From: Selaginella moellendorffii
Taxonomy: Eukaryota; Plantae; Lycopodiophyta
Direction: 5' to 3'
DNA length: 64,000 nucleotides
NCBI RefSeq assembly: GCF_000143415.4
Contig: NW_003314262.1
Span: 3,482,405-3,546,404 of the forward strand
The notes under the pieces were generated by a model. It was not told where the DNA came from and searched no databases. It saw only the letters and a list, made by a program, of their open reading frames with translations. The position numbers were made by a program, and so were the translations under genes. Below are positions 22,083 to 35,594 of this stretch, piece by piece (the first letter of the stretch is position 1; each line of letters opens with the position of its first letter).

Positions 22083-24873
22083 ATGTCTAGGCGCTCCCGG
22101 AATGCTTCTGTGCCGGATCCGGCAGCGTCTAGTGCCTCCCGCGGTGATATTTCGGAGGCGGGGCGATCGATTGCGGTATATTTCGATTCCGCACAGGCTT
22201 GTCGCGTGATTCCCTGATGGAGCTTTTTTCCAAGGGCGCATCTTCGTCCCGGGCACCGGCATTGCAGCTTGTCGACTTGATGATGCAAATGGGGGTCGAT
22301 GACAGGGTATTTTCTCTGTTTCCTCATATTTCTCTCTCAGATTCTTGCTTTGTTCCTTCGAATCCACAGCCAAGCCAGCTCCGGATGACAGATTTCGCTG
22401 TCTCGGCATCCGAGATTCTATGCGAGATACTCTCCGAAAGCTTCAAACTTCTTCTAAGCAGCAGTTTGTTACACCTAGGGTGTACAAAAAATTCGCAAAA
22501 ACATGGAGGTTGCGCTCTCTAGAATTCGCGACTTCGTCGACCAGGAGGTACAAACAGACTCTAGTAAAGCTTTTATTCTTTCGTCTAAGAACGCTGGATT
22601 TCGTGTGGACTATTGTTAGATCATTGACGACTTGTTCTCGGACGATCGTTGGAAAGAAAAGAACGAGGTAACATACAACCAGTCCGAGCGTGTCATTACT
22701 TTTGTTGCTGTGTTTTGCTTCTGGAAGGGCGCCTCGACCAGTGATAGTGCGCCTGCATCCTGGGAGGGCATTCTGGAGCTCCAGGAGGTGAGTTTAGTGA
22801 AGACTGTTTAAAGCTCGATTCAACTTCTTTCCCTTGGGCAGGACTTATTTCCTGGCATCTCACGAGAGGCTCAAAAACGACAACGACTCCATAGCTTGAT
22901 CAGCCCCAAGGGTGATAACTTTTGAGCTTGGCGGCATGAATCGCCTGCGAGAAGAGCAACTGGCGCTGAGTGGGACAATCGAGGGATCCAAATTGGGCGG
23001 AAGCAACGACTTCATCCTCTATCTGTCCGGACCGATCGAAGTTCGTCTTCTATTTGTAGCTCGAAGCGACTCTTCCCTGGAGGAACTGGAAGCACTATAT
23101 CCCACGGGCGCATCGATAACAGTGAAAAAGCACCTTCGGCTGGAAGGACGTTGCGTTGTTGATAATCCAGGTAAAGTAAATCTATTGTGTTTTGTCATTT
23201 GTATGTCAACATTTCGGTGCTCAGGAAACGTAGAGATCATCTCCTGCTTCCCGACTACCATGCGCAAACTCGGCCAGAAAGCATCCAGCGAGCTTCGCAG
23301 CTTGGGCAACGAGCACTTCCACAGGAAGCAATACCTGGCAGCTATAGAGCTCTACAACCTGAGCATTTCGAAGGCTGACAACGAGAGGGACAAGCTTCTG
23401 GCTTTCGGAAACGCTTCCCACTGCCACCTCGAGCTCGAGAACTTCTTCTGTGCCCTTCAGAACGCGGAGAAGGCACTGGCGCTCACGAATGCCACGGAGA
23501 ACGTCCTCTCAGTGAAGTTGCTGACGAGGAAGGGGCGAGCTCTCCACGGCATGCTCAAATACAAAGACGCAGTGCAGGCGTACAAGCTAGCTCTCTCGCG
23601 CTGCAGCAACGTTGAGGCGTATAATGATCAACGGGCTCACACCATCAAGCTCATGGACAAGAGCGAAGAACGCGACATCTCCGACGACCTCCACCGCTAC
23701 CTGAGCCGAGGCTGCAAGAGCGACGACTCTCCAGCTTTCCTGGACTTTGCCGGGCCAGTGAAAATTTCCCGCCGTGACTACGGTGGCGGCGTCGGCCTGT
23801 TCGCCACCGAAGCTATCGCGCCTGGGGAGATCGTACTTGTGAGCAACGCACTGGGCTACGTCCGTGACATGTACGCCGAGCATGCCTCTGTAGACGTCTA
23901 CGTCAAAGTCTTGCGAGCCGCGCAGAAGTCTCCGAGAACTTCGCTACAACTCCATTACCTTTGGAGCCAGATTTTCGACGAGAATAACGCCAGGATCCCA
24001 CCAATGCAAGTCTTCAAGCCAAACTCCGACATTGACTGGACAGAGAAGCGTGTCATAGAGACGGACAAGATCAGACAGATACTCGAGCACAACTTCAAGC
24101 TGGGCTTTCTGGGGGGCTTGTGGACGCTGGCAGGGTTCATCGCACACAGCTGCAGGGGGAACTTATGCATGGTGCAAGTTGGACCCGCCAAGATCTTCCG
24201 GGCCAATGTGGACATCGACAACGGAGAGGAGCTCACCTACTGTTATGCTCCGGCTTTGGAGATCCTCCCAGTGGCCCTCCGCCAAGAGTTTTTCAACTGG
24301 TGCCGGTGCTGGCGCTGCACGACCGAGATGCTCTACCGGCGATTGGGCGGTCCCTACGAGAGCCTGTGCCTTCGCTACCTCAAGCACCTCAGGGAGTACA
24401 GGAGAGTCTTTGAAGTGAACCCCAAGAGCGTGCGGCAGTTCCTAGTGGAGCAAGAGCTCGTCCAGGTGGCGATAGACTCTGAGGAGATCCTCAAGCACAC
24501 GACCAACAAAAGGGCGAACAAGATGGTCCTACGCATATCCTTCGCTCCAGCGTACCTCCTCTACTTTCTCTACCAGGATTCCGCCCACCCGAAAGTCGTC
24601 GAGGTGATGCCGAAGGACAGCGAGTTCTGCATGGATTTCATGAACGTTACCGCGGCGAACCTCGAGAGCTTGGAGACGCTCACGGCAGGCTGCCTTCCCA
24701 TGGCGTTCTACCCCACGATGACGAAGGAGAAGGAGCAGCAGAAGACCGTGGCGGATATAGCCATCGACTTCTGCTTCCAGATGCGCTATGGAGCGTCGAT
24801 GACGAAGAGCGCGAGGGTCAAATTCCTGAAATGGTTGCAGAGCGATGAGCCGGACAAAGCCAGGCGCGCCTGA
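22083..24873 (+). CDS. TPR + SET gene copy 3 (inverted relative to copies 1 and 2)
   Basis: ORF 22912-24873 has the same TPR/SET/post-SET motifs. One upstream donor appears mutated (GAGATAC vs GAGGTAC at about 22425), so it may be a pseudogene. Confidence 0.8.
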
Positions 24874-25317
24874 GGTATGTCTCAACTCAACGTGTCTTGC
24901 TTTCTGTTATCAAGTTATAACGCAGCGCCTCGTTTTTTGCCAAGGAAAATATCGCGAAAGAAACAAGAGATTTCTAGGCTCCCATGGTGGGCTTTGATTT
25001 CCGAGCCGACTTACGATGCACAAGCGAACTTGCATTTCGCCCAATGGATTTCCCATGAGAAACCGGGGTTCGCTAGAGGTAATACGTTCAGCTGCCGAAG
25101 GCAAATCACGCGACTCTTTCTACGCTCGTCCCTTGTTTTCCTTGTCACACAATTGTCTGCAAAGCAATAGCAAGTCTATAAGATGTTTCTTTCCTTTGAC
25201 GCAGAGGACTGATGCAGATGCAAATGATGCCAAGTTTTTTTTTCTGATGGGCAGGGATTTGTTCTCAGAATTCTGGAACAAAGTTAAATGCCTACTTCAA
25301 CGCAGGCAGCCGTGACC

Positions 25318-25670
25318 ATTGGAAGAAGGTCTCTCGGCTCTTGGTGCTCATAGTTTCTATGTGATGCGTGGTGAAGCCGACCTGGGTGGGATCACGAGCA
25401 AGGTCTTGCCATGCGGTGGGGCGTGGAGCTGGCGGAGAATGTGGAAGATATTTCCAACAAGGAGAAGTTGCTTGTGGTGTTTTCAGTTGCAAACATTGAT
25501 ACGTTTTTAACACTCGAAGACTCTGGAAAGATTACAGGTTCTTTCTTTCTCTCTTTCTCCTGGTCCCTTGTTTTTTTCTCATGGGAGGGACCTGCAAGCA
25601 AAGAAGCAAACCGCTAAACTGGAACTAGATAAGTGCTTGACCACGGAATTTGAACTCTTATTTCTTCAAA
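25318..25670 (+). pseudogene. TMEM87/GOST fragment
   Basis: LGGITSKVLPCGGA, ELAENVEDISNKEKLLVVF and QAKKQTAKLEL, with frameshifts. Confidence 0.85.
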
Positions 25671-27169
25671 CCTAACCTTGGAAATCACAGAGCTTGATAT
25701 TTATGGCATCATAAAACTCTAGAATTTAACTTCTGACTAGAATCAGTTTCATCATAATTCTAAATATGATTTGGCTTGAAAGACTCCACAATCTCTTTAT
25801 TGAATCCTTTTGCTCAAGATTGGGATTTCTTCTCTCTACAAACTTATCCTCGTGCGGAGTTCTGGCACTCCTTGGCATCATCACTACTTCTGGGGCTGGA
25901 TCTCTTGATCATGAAAAAGGCCCAGGAATGTCTCCAGATTTCAACTCTGGTGCTATTGATTAGTACTTAAAATATAATGTGAGGTATATTTTTACCCTTA
26001 AAATTTAAATTATATATATTAAGCATTTATAGTTACTGGTATACTGAAGTTGTATCAAACTTTGTTTAACACAATTTGAGCTAGTGTTTTTAGAGTATTT
26101 TAGTGTGTTTCAATTCTTTATTTCATAGTGTAATAAAATTCAAGTGCACTATATTTAATCATCATACGAAGAAAAGTATATTCTTAATCATAAAATTAAA
26201 AATGTACATATTAAGCATCCATAAATTTTATAGGGCATCCACTAAGTAACTAATTGCCTTATATGGAATAATTAATTTATAGAATGGAAAGATTGGTAAA
26301 TATAACATGGAAATAATAGTGTGCTACAATTTGTGAAAGGTATATATCCATAAGGTCTCTATTTAAAGAATTATTTTAATATTATATTTTTAAGTTTTTA
26401 AATTAATTTTTTTTAAAAAAAATTAAGGTAGAAAGAATTTATTATAACCATTTCTTAATAAAAATTTGCTATATAGTATGTATTTGAGTCAGAAAACTAA
26501 CTTTTTGGCCCTACTTACTTTTGATGAAATCCCAGTAGTTAGTTTTATTGGTATCTCTAATATATCAATTAACAGTTGGAGACTGATCATCAAATCAAAA
26601 TAGAGAGAACTAAATATATAATTTGAAACTGAGATTTAGATTTGTTCTTAGCCTCAAAATCTAAAAATGGGCTAGAGATTATGGAATAGTAATCTTGAGA
26701 TCTTGAATTCCTACCACCAGTGATGTTGGAAGCACAGTGATGATGATGAGGATTAGAGAAGCTAGAAAACATGTCTTATTCTATCATGGCGTCATCACCA
26801 TCCAGAATCCTAACTCTTATAGACCATGGCTAGAAACATTAGACTTTTCGAAGTGTGTTCTTGTTCTTGTGAAAAAACATTGATGTTGGAGAAAAAGAAA
26901 AGTGACTAACATGACATTACATTACCATTGCTCGCTCTTGAGTAGATTATTTTATATAGCCATCTAATGTTTTATAATGTTTATGTTTATAGTTTATAAA
27001 GACAAGATTAATCCAAGAGATCTTGTAAACTCAAAATTAATCTTTTTCTCTATAATACTTTTCATATTGCTGGGATCACCTTTAAAGTCATGCACAGATT
27101 TAACAAATTCAAATCAGCCTCCTCCTTGTGACCAAACTATTCATGCTAAATGCAAGAGCATTGGTGCTT

Positions 27170-27440
27170 CTACAGCACTAGCTTAGTAGCTTGTTTCTTT
27201 GCCTTTAAATCCCAAACTATGAGAGGAAAAACGAGGGAGAATAAAATGAGAAAGACCCTGCAGACAGCGAGGAAAAACATCCAGAAGTCGTGGAACTCAA
27301 CGTAACTTCTCCTTGTTCGAAAAAGAAAACTATGCACTTGTTGGACATTCTCTGCCAGCTCCAAAGTCTCAGTCAAAAGAAAATGCAAGACCTTGATCAT
27401 GATCTGGCTTCACCACCCCGTATCCCGGGACAAAGGGACA
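27170..27440 (-). pseudogene. TMEM87/GOST fragment
   Basis: ETLELAENVQQVHSF..FWMFFLAV..AKKQATKL. Confidence 0.75.
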
Positions 27441-27656
27441 GCAGTCCATCAATCAATCACTCAAGCGATGCTGCTAGACTCAGTGGCGATCGAGCAAATT
27501 CAGAACACCCATAACTATGAGCACCAAGACGAAAATTTAGCAAGCATCAAAGGAGTCAAAGTACCACAAAGCCATCTTATGCAAGCGCATACATTTTTCC
27601 GTTCCAGAAACTTGCAAACCGATCTAGGGAATCGTTCATTTTTTTATTACTTTTTC

Positions 27657-29450
27657 TTAAACAAGACGTTCTTCGAAGCGACACACTCTGGCTTGCTGGA
27701 ACACTCGTCCTGGCCGGCAAAAGTAGCCCCTCTCCGGAGCGCAATGTCGATCGCTGGAGCAAATGCAAAGACCCTCTAGAGCGCAGTGATCGTTGTCGCT
27801 GGTCAATCCAGCGGTCGTCACTCCGAGAACCAGATCCGACCACTCGCTCGAGAACAAGCCAGCCTCTTCTTCGCATCCAAAACCTTTGGAATGTTTGGAT
27901 ACTTTCTGGAAGCGTTGACGAAGGCAACGTTGCGGTTCTTTCCCCAGTGTGGAGTTCCCTGGTACTTGAAAACGGCCATTTGCTCGAGCTCTTCGAGGAC
28001 GTCTTCGTTGAGCCTTGGAGTGTTTGCGTCGTCCGCTCGATAGTAAGTGACGTCGATGTCCACGGAATCCTCGGGCTTTCCCAAGTAAGCGCTGGATTTC
28101 TTCACGTAGCGCATTAGAAATTTACTGTAGCCGTCGGGACCGCACAGACCGTTCGAAGTCGCGTTTCTCAGCCTCTTCACGTCGAGTATGAAGTCCCTGG
28201 ATCTTTCGAGGGCGATCGAGATGGTTGTCTGGTGGAAGAACAAGCCATCGATGCTGGGATCCCATGGGCAAGTGAAGAGCGAGCTGGAAGAGTTGTAGCA
28301 AGTTCCTGAGGTTTGTATCCTGTTCTGGTTTCCAATCAGCGGATAACCAGTGAAGAGAACGCCGTTGTTCTTGAGCCCGTAGCCAGTCGTCCAGAGCGTG
28401 AATGCCTGTAGCCGAGCTCTGTTACACGTACCTTGCGTGTCTCTCGTGAACTCAAAAACTCTTTCTATCGCAGCAAAACAAAGACAAAGTCAAAAGAGCT
28501 ATAAAGAACAACAAATTACCTGTGGTTCTCGTAGCTTGAGAGATCAACACTGCTGTCGGCTGGAAGCCGATGAAATCGTTCACTCCATTTCCGGGAACAA
28601 TGCTTGGAACCCGTTGATCGATCCGGTAGACCGCCCGGTTCATGGAAGGATACCAAGTTATGTCACCATAATCGTTACCATTTGCAAAAGTGGCGACTTG
28701 ATCCTCCAGATCGCTGTCCGACCTCATGGTGTTGGTCACGGACCTCTTAAACATCGGCTCCACCTTGAGTGTGATCTTGGACAGCACGCCTAGAACTCCG
28801 AGAGAAACCTTGACCGCGTTCAGATCTTCGCTAGCTTGGGTGAAAGTTAAAACTTTCGCGTATCCCTCTGCTGGCGATGCCGGAACCACGAGCCTGATGC
28901 TCGTCACGTACTCGTGAACAGCACTTCCCAGATCTCGAAGAGAACTTCCGTGAGCACCGGTGCTGAGGAGGCCACCGATCGTGACGCCGCTCCAGCATGA
29001 AGATTGTGGAAAAGCGAGCTGGGAACTTGCGAGAGTGTCCACAAAGTTGCGAAGCTCCACACCACTGTCAACCGTGACCGTCATGGCTGCCCTGTCGATG
29101 ACAATGTCGTTGCTGTAGTTCTTCGTGCTGATCACGAGTCCTTGATCGCCCCCGGGACAAACGAGCTTCGGCATGCTGTGCGACAGCCCCGTCACGACTT
29201 TCATCTTCATGTTGTTTCTGACTCCAAATGCTACGGCGTCAACGATCTGCTGCTCGCTCGCCGGATAGAAAACTTGAGCAGCCTTGCAAGTGGATCGATC
29301 GGGCCATGTCCCGTAAGTTCCAGAGATTGTGCAGTTTGAATTCCCAGACTTGCAAGTTACTGCTGGCGGAGGTAGCGCAAGAGCATCTGCAAACAAAAGA
29401 ATTGAGAGAACGAGTGTGAGGGAGATAAGATTTGCAAAAAATGCGATTCA
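27657..29450 (-). pseudogene. L-gulonolactone oxidase (GulLO/ALO-like FAD oxidase) copy 1, pseudogene
   Basis: Near-identical to the intact copy, but the start codon reads ATC with an in-frame TGA just upstream, and a 10-bp deletion at about 27860 causes a frameshift. Confidence 0.88.
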
Positions 29451-29650
29451 AAGATGAAGCAAGCAGTGCAACAGGAAATCTCATATCTTCACGCGTATCA
29501 AAAAAAGAAGCTATCCAAGAGACTTTTAATCACGACCTGTGGAAGAAAGTCGTAGATGGGAGATGGTGGCAACCTACACCAACAACCTTCGTCTCGTGTA
29601 GACCAGTTCTACTCGATATTGTACGTTCATTTAAATCCAGGTAAGTTAAG

Positions 29651-31450
29651 TCATTCAACACTGAGTAGTTCTTCGAAGCGACACACTCTGGCTTGCTGGA
29701 ACACTCGTCCTGGCCGGCAAAAGTAGCCCCTCTCCGGAGCACAATGTCGATCGCTGGAGCAAATGCAAAGACCCTCTAGAGCGCAGTGATCCTTGTCGCT
29801 GGTCAATCCAGCGGTCGTCACTCCGAGAACCAGATCCGACCACTCGCTCGAGAACAAGCCAGCCTCTTCTTCGCATCCAAAAACTTTGGAAGGTTTGGAT
29901 ACTTTCTGGAAGCGTTGACGAAGGCAACGTTGCGGTTCTTCCCCCAGTGTGGAGTTCCCTGGTACTTGAAAACGGCCATTTGCTCGAGCTCTTCGAGGAC
30001 GTCTTCGTTGAGCCTCGGAGTGTTTGCGTCGTCCGCTCGATAGTAAGTGACGTCGATGTCCACGGAATCCTCGGGCTTTCCCAAGTAAGCGCTGGATTTC
30101 TTCACGTAGCGCATTAGAAATTTACTGTAGCCGTCGGGACCGCACAGACCGTTCGAAGTCGCGTTTCTCAGCCTCTTCACGTCGAGTATGAAGTCCCTGG
30201 ATCTTTCGAGGGCGATCGAGATGGTTGTCTGGTGGAAGAACAAGCCATCGATGCTGGGATCCCATGGGCAAGTGAAGAGCGAGCTGGAAGAGTTGTAGCA
30301 AGTTCCTGAGGTTTGTATCCTGTTCTGGTTTCCAATCAGCGGATAACCAGTGAAGAGAACGCCGTTGTTCTTGAGCCCGTAGCCAGTCGTCCAGAGCGTG
30401 AATGCCTGTAGCCGAGCTCTGTTACACGTACCTTGCGTGTCTCTCGTGAACTCAAAAACTCTTTCTATCGCAGCAAAACAAAGACAAAGTCAAAAGAGCT
30501 ATAAAGAACAACAAATTACCTGTGGTTCTCGTAGCTTGAGAGATCAACACTGCTGTCGGCTGGAAGCCGATGAAATCGTTCACTCCATTTCCGGGAACAA
30601 TGCTTGGAACCCGTTGATCGATCCGGTAGACCGCCCGGTTCATGGAAGGATACCAAGTTATGTCACCATAATCGTTACCATTTGCAAAAGTGGCGACTTG
30701 ATCCTCCAGATCGCTGTCCGACCTCATGGTGTTGGTCACGGACCTCTTAAACATCGGCTCCACCTTGAGTGTGATCTTGGACAGCACGCCTAGAACTCCG
30801 AGAGAAACCTTGACCGCGTTCAGATCTTCGCTAGCTTGGGTGAAAGTTAAAACTTTCGCGTATCCCTCTGCTGGCGATGCCGGAACCACGAGCCTGATGC
30901 TCGTCACGTACTCGTGAACAGCACTTCCCAGATCTCGAAGAGAACTTCCGTGAGCACCGGTGCTGAGGAGGCCACCGATCGTGACGCCGCTCCAGCATGA
31001 AGATTGTGGAAAAGCGAGCTGGGAACTTGCGAGAGTGTCCACAAAGTTGCGAAGCTCCACACCACTGTCAACCGTGACCGTCATGGCTGCCCTGTCGATG
31101 ACAATGTCGTTGCTGTAGTTCTTCGTGCTGATCACGAGTCCTTGATCGCCCCCGGGACAAACGAGCTTCGGCATGCTGTGCGACAGCCCCGTCACGACTT
31201 TCATCTTCATGTTGTTTCTGACTCCAAATGCTACGGCGTCAACGATCTGCTGCTCGCTCGCCGGATAGAAAACTTGAGCAGCCTTGCAAGTGGATCGATC
31301 GGGCCATGTCCCGTAAGTTCCAGAGATTGTGCAGTTTGAATTCCCAGACTTGCAAGTTACTGCTGGCGGAGGTAGCGCAAGAGCATCTGCAAACAAAAGA
31401 ATTGAGAGAACGAGTGTGAGGGAGATAAGATTTGCAAAAAATGCGATTCA
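29651..31450 (-). pseudogene. L-gulonolactone oxidase copy 2, pseudogene (exactly 2000 bp from copy 1)
   Basis: Same lost start codon and same 10-bp deletion as copy 1. Confidence 0.88.
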
Positions 31451-31559
31451 AAGATGAAGCAAGCAGTGCAACAGGAAATCTCATATCTTCACGCGTATCA
31501 AAAAAAGAAGCTATCCAAGAGACTTTTAATCACGATCTGTGAAAGAAAGTCGTAGATGG

Positions 31560-33110
31560 TGTTACACGACACACCTCGCCACGTAGACATTAGGGTTTTC
31601 CTGTTCGGTCCACTAGCACGGTCGATTTGTCTCATGGTATTGGAGCTGGGATAGCGCTATGGAAAGAAAGCCATCCATCTAGCGAGTTTGATGGAAAAGG
31701 GTTTGAGGGATTCAAGATCCATCTTGAATCCTATCTCTTGTTTCATGGGTTGTTGGGGATTGTAGATGGGATAGACGGCTCCAGGCTCTAGAGGTGCGTG
31801 ATTGGAACCTTCGGGATTCCAAGGCTAGAGGGAGTATTGCAATGTGCTTGTCCTCGAATGTTCTCTTTGCTGCCCCATCGATTCCAAAGTCCATTGTGGT
31901 AGAGCTCTGGAAGTGGCTGAGCGACACCTACGGCACCAAGAGTGAAATGGATGTCTTCAACATCCATTCACAAATGGATTCCTTAAGGCTAGAGGAAATT
32001 GGCAGCATCTACTAAACTTTAGGGCTTCTTCACACAACTTGCAACTGCTGGGGCGAAACACTATCTCACGGATGAGCAGCAGAGGCTGCGGCTCTACAGG
32101 TCCTTGCCAAGCTAGTTGGAAGAATGCAGTTGAGAGCCTGCTTTTCCAACTAGGGATGACTTGGGCAGATGCCGTGAGGAGTTTTTGCAACATTGAGGCC
32201 ATGTGAAGTGAGAGAGCTGAAATGCCGTAGGCTATGTATGCTTTGCAGGCTTCTGGTGATGCCAAGGTGGCAAAACCACATGCAGCTGCAAATGCCCAGA
32301 AAGGGCAAAATTCTGTGGCATCTGGGCTTGCCAAGCCCAGACTTGCTAAGAATCAGTGTGCTTGCTGCTTGGAGATGGGCCACTGGGCTTGAGATTGCCC
32401 TGCTCCCAAGCCTGTCAAGCGACTAACTACGCTAGCAAAAGCCAATCTGCTCGAGCATGATGGAATTGCTACAGCAAATGAGGATGCTGAGGAACTCTAC
32501 AACACAGAGGCAATTGCAGCACCAAGCTGGTGGCTCCTAAACTCTAGTTGTACTAATCCTATGGGCAATAAAAAGAGTTTTTTTGAGTGTTATTAGCCGA
32601 GTATTGGAAAACATAGTGTTTATTTAGGTGACAAGACCACTATCCCATGGAAGGCATTGGGCAATTTTGGCTCTCACTTGATCATGGTGCTTTATTTAGG
32701 TGACAAGACCATTATCCCCATGGAAGGCATTGGGCAATTTTGGCTCTCACTTAATCATGGGAGCACCATGGCCTTTGATGGTGCCATACACGTTTCCACC
32801 TTGTGATGAAATTTAATGTCCAAAATACAATGGTAGTTTTTGATGCAAAAGAAGTCTCTTTGGTTGACTCTTCATATATTTGGTACACAATTGCTTCGTG
32901 GGTCACACATTAAGGACTTGTATGAAATTACTGTTGCCGACTTGGTTCAAGCTTTTTAGATTGTGTAGGCAAATTCTTGTGCAAAGCTTTGGCATAAAGA
33001 CTTGGTCATGTTCATTACCAATCTCTTCAACGGATGAAATCCCAAGATATTGTTACTAGATTCAACTTTCGATATATCCCATTTACATTTTGTGAAGCTT
33101 GCATTTTAAG
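31560..33110 (+). mobile_element. Truncated, degenerate Ty1/copia retrotransposon
   Basis: Short TG..CA segment 31560-31634 is followed by an iMet-type PBS TGGTATTGGAGC. Downstream are gag-like ELWKWLSDTYG, protease-like WLLNSSCTNPM and GAG-pre-integrase LWHKRLGHV..CEAC. No 3' LTR is visible. Confidence 0.8.
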
Positions 33111-33301
33111 GGCTCACCATTTGATGTGATGCCAGCCTCCCTGGTTCCAGAAATCTATAAACAAAACACAGAAAAACATCTGGGTCAATCCCAAAAAACA
33201 ATGTTTTGTGAAGTCATTATTAGCTATATCGAGGGTTTTCAATGTAGTTTTTCTTCACGGACAAGGGTAAAATCTTGTTTTTAAATCCAGGGTAAGTTAA
33301 G

Positions 33302-35102
33302 TCATTCAACACTGAGTAGTTCTTCGAAGCGACACACTCTGGCTTGCTGGAACACTCGTCCTGGCCGGCAAAAGTAGCCCCTCTCCGGAGCGCAATGTCG
33401 ATCGCTGGAGCAAATGCAAAGACCCTCTAGAGCGCAGTGATCTTTGTCGCTGGTCAATCCAGCGGTCGTCACTCCGAGAACCAGATCCGACCACTCGCTC
33501 GAGAACAAGCCATTGGGATCCAGCCTCTTCTTCGCATCCAAAAACTTTGGAAGGTTTGGATACTTTCTGGAAGCGTTGACGAAGGCAACGTTGCGGTTCT
33601 TCCCCCAGTGTGGAGTTCCCTGGTACTTGAAAACGGCCATTTGCTCGAGCTCTTCGAGGACGTCTTCGTTGAGCCTTGGAGTGTTTGCGTCGTCCGCTCG
33701 ATAGTAAGTGACGTCGATGTCCACGGAATCCTCGGGCTTTCCCAAGTAAGCGCTGGATTTCTTCACGTAGCGCATTAGAGATCCACTGTAGCCGTCGGGA
33801 CCGCACAGACCGTTCAAAGTCGCGTTTCTCAGCCTCTTCACGTCGAGTATGAAGTCCCTGGATCTTTCGAGGGCGATCGAGATGGTTGTCTGGTGGAAGA
33901 ACAAGCCATCGATGCTGGGATCCCATGGGCAAGTGAAGAGCGAGCTGGAAGAGTTGTAGCAAGTTCCTGAGGTTTGTATCCTGTTCTGGTTTCCAATCAG
34001 CGGATAACCAGTGAAGAGAACGCCGTTGTTCTTGAGCCCGTAGCCAGTCGTCCAGAGCGTGAATGCCTGAAGCCGAGCTCTGTTACACGTACCTTGCGTG
34101 TCTCTCGTGAACTCAAAAACTCTTTCTATCGCAGCAAAACAAAGACAAAGTCAAAAGAGCTATAAAGAACAACAAATTACCTGTAGTTCTCGTAGCTTGA
34201 GAGATCAACACTGCTGTCGGCTGGAAGCCGATGAAATCGTTCACTCCATTTCCGGGAACAATGCTTGGAACCCGTTGATCGATCCGGTAGACCGCCTGGT
34301 TCATGGAAGGATACCAAGTTATGTCACCATAATCGTTACCATTTGCAAAAGTGGCGACTTGATCCTCCAGATCGCTGTCCGACCTCATGGTGTTGGTCAC
34401 GGACCTCTTAAACATCGGCTCCACCTTGAGTGTGATCTTGGACAGCACGCCTAGAACTCCGAGAGAAACCTTGACCGCGTCCAGATCTTCGCTAGCTTGG
34501 GTGAAAGTTAAAACTTTCGCGTATCCCTCTGCTGGCGATGCCGGAACCACGAGCCTGATGCTCGTCACGTACTCGTGAACAGCACTTCCCAGATCTCGAA
34601 GAGAACTTCCGTGAGCACCGGTGCTGAGGAGGCCACCGATCGTGACGCCGCTCCAGTATGAAGACTGTGGAAAAGCGAGCTGGGAACTTGCGAGAGTGTC
34701 CACAAAGTTGCGAAGCTCCACACCACTGTCAACCGTGACCGTCATGGCTGCCCTGTCGATGACAATGCCGCGGCTGTAGTTCTTCGTGCTGATCACGAGT
34801 CCTTGATCGCCTCCGGGACACACGAGCTTCGGTATGCTGTGCGACAGCCTCGTCACGACTTTCATCTTCATGTTGTTTCGGACTCCAAATGCTACGGCGT
34901 CGACGATCTGCTGCTCGCTCGCCGGATAGAAAACTTGAGCAGCCTTGCAAGTGGATCGATCGGGCCATGTCCCGTAAGTTCCAGAGATCGTGCAGTTTGA
35001 GTTTCCAGATCTGCAAGTTACTGCTGGCGGAGGTAGCGCAAGAACATCTGCAAAGAAAACAATCGAGAGAGTGAGCATGCTAGAGAAAGTGAAAAGTCCC
35101 AT
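33302..35102 (-). CDS. L-gulonolactone oxidase-like FAD oxidase (GulLO family), intact, 2 exons (intron 34126-34180)
   Basis: Signal peptide, [61 protein letters not shown] and Cys-rich tail [15 protein letters not shown]. Confidence 0.93.
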
Positions 35103-35594
35103 TCTCTTTGAACGAGCAGAGCTGATCTACACGAGACAATCAAAGGTGAAACTCGAGACTCTCACTTAAGTAGAAACACCAATGTCGCACACCAAGTCAA
35201 GCATGAGCTTGATAAGAAACATTACCTGGCGTGTTCGTGTATCCACTATTCGTTTAGAGACCTGTAAGTTGCCACCATCTACGACTTTCTTCTACAAACT
35301 GGCGGCATTTCGTTCCATTCATTACGGAACTCTTCACAACAAGAACTCATATCCGTCTGTAAACAAAACCAAAAAGAAAAAACAAGGAAAGGAAAAGATA
35401 AAAAAGTAAACCTGGATCTTATTTAAAAGGAAACAATTCCAGGAAGGAGATAACATCTGCGATCCAAAGATGTAAGTAAGCAGTGCAACACGAAACTTGT
35501 AACAAAAAGAAAACAAAGAGAACCTTACCCCAATTGGATCACGATCCAAAGCCGCCAAGCAAGAAGGAAAAATTCACCTCGTGGTGTTGACTGT

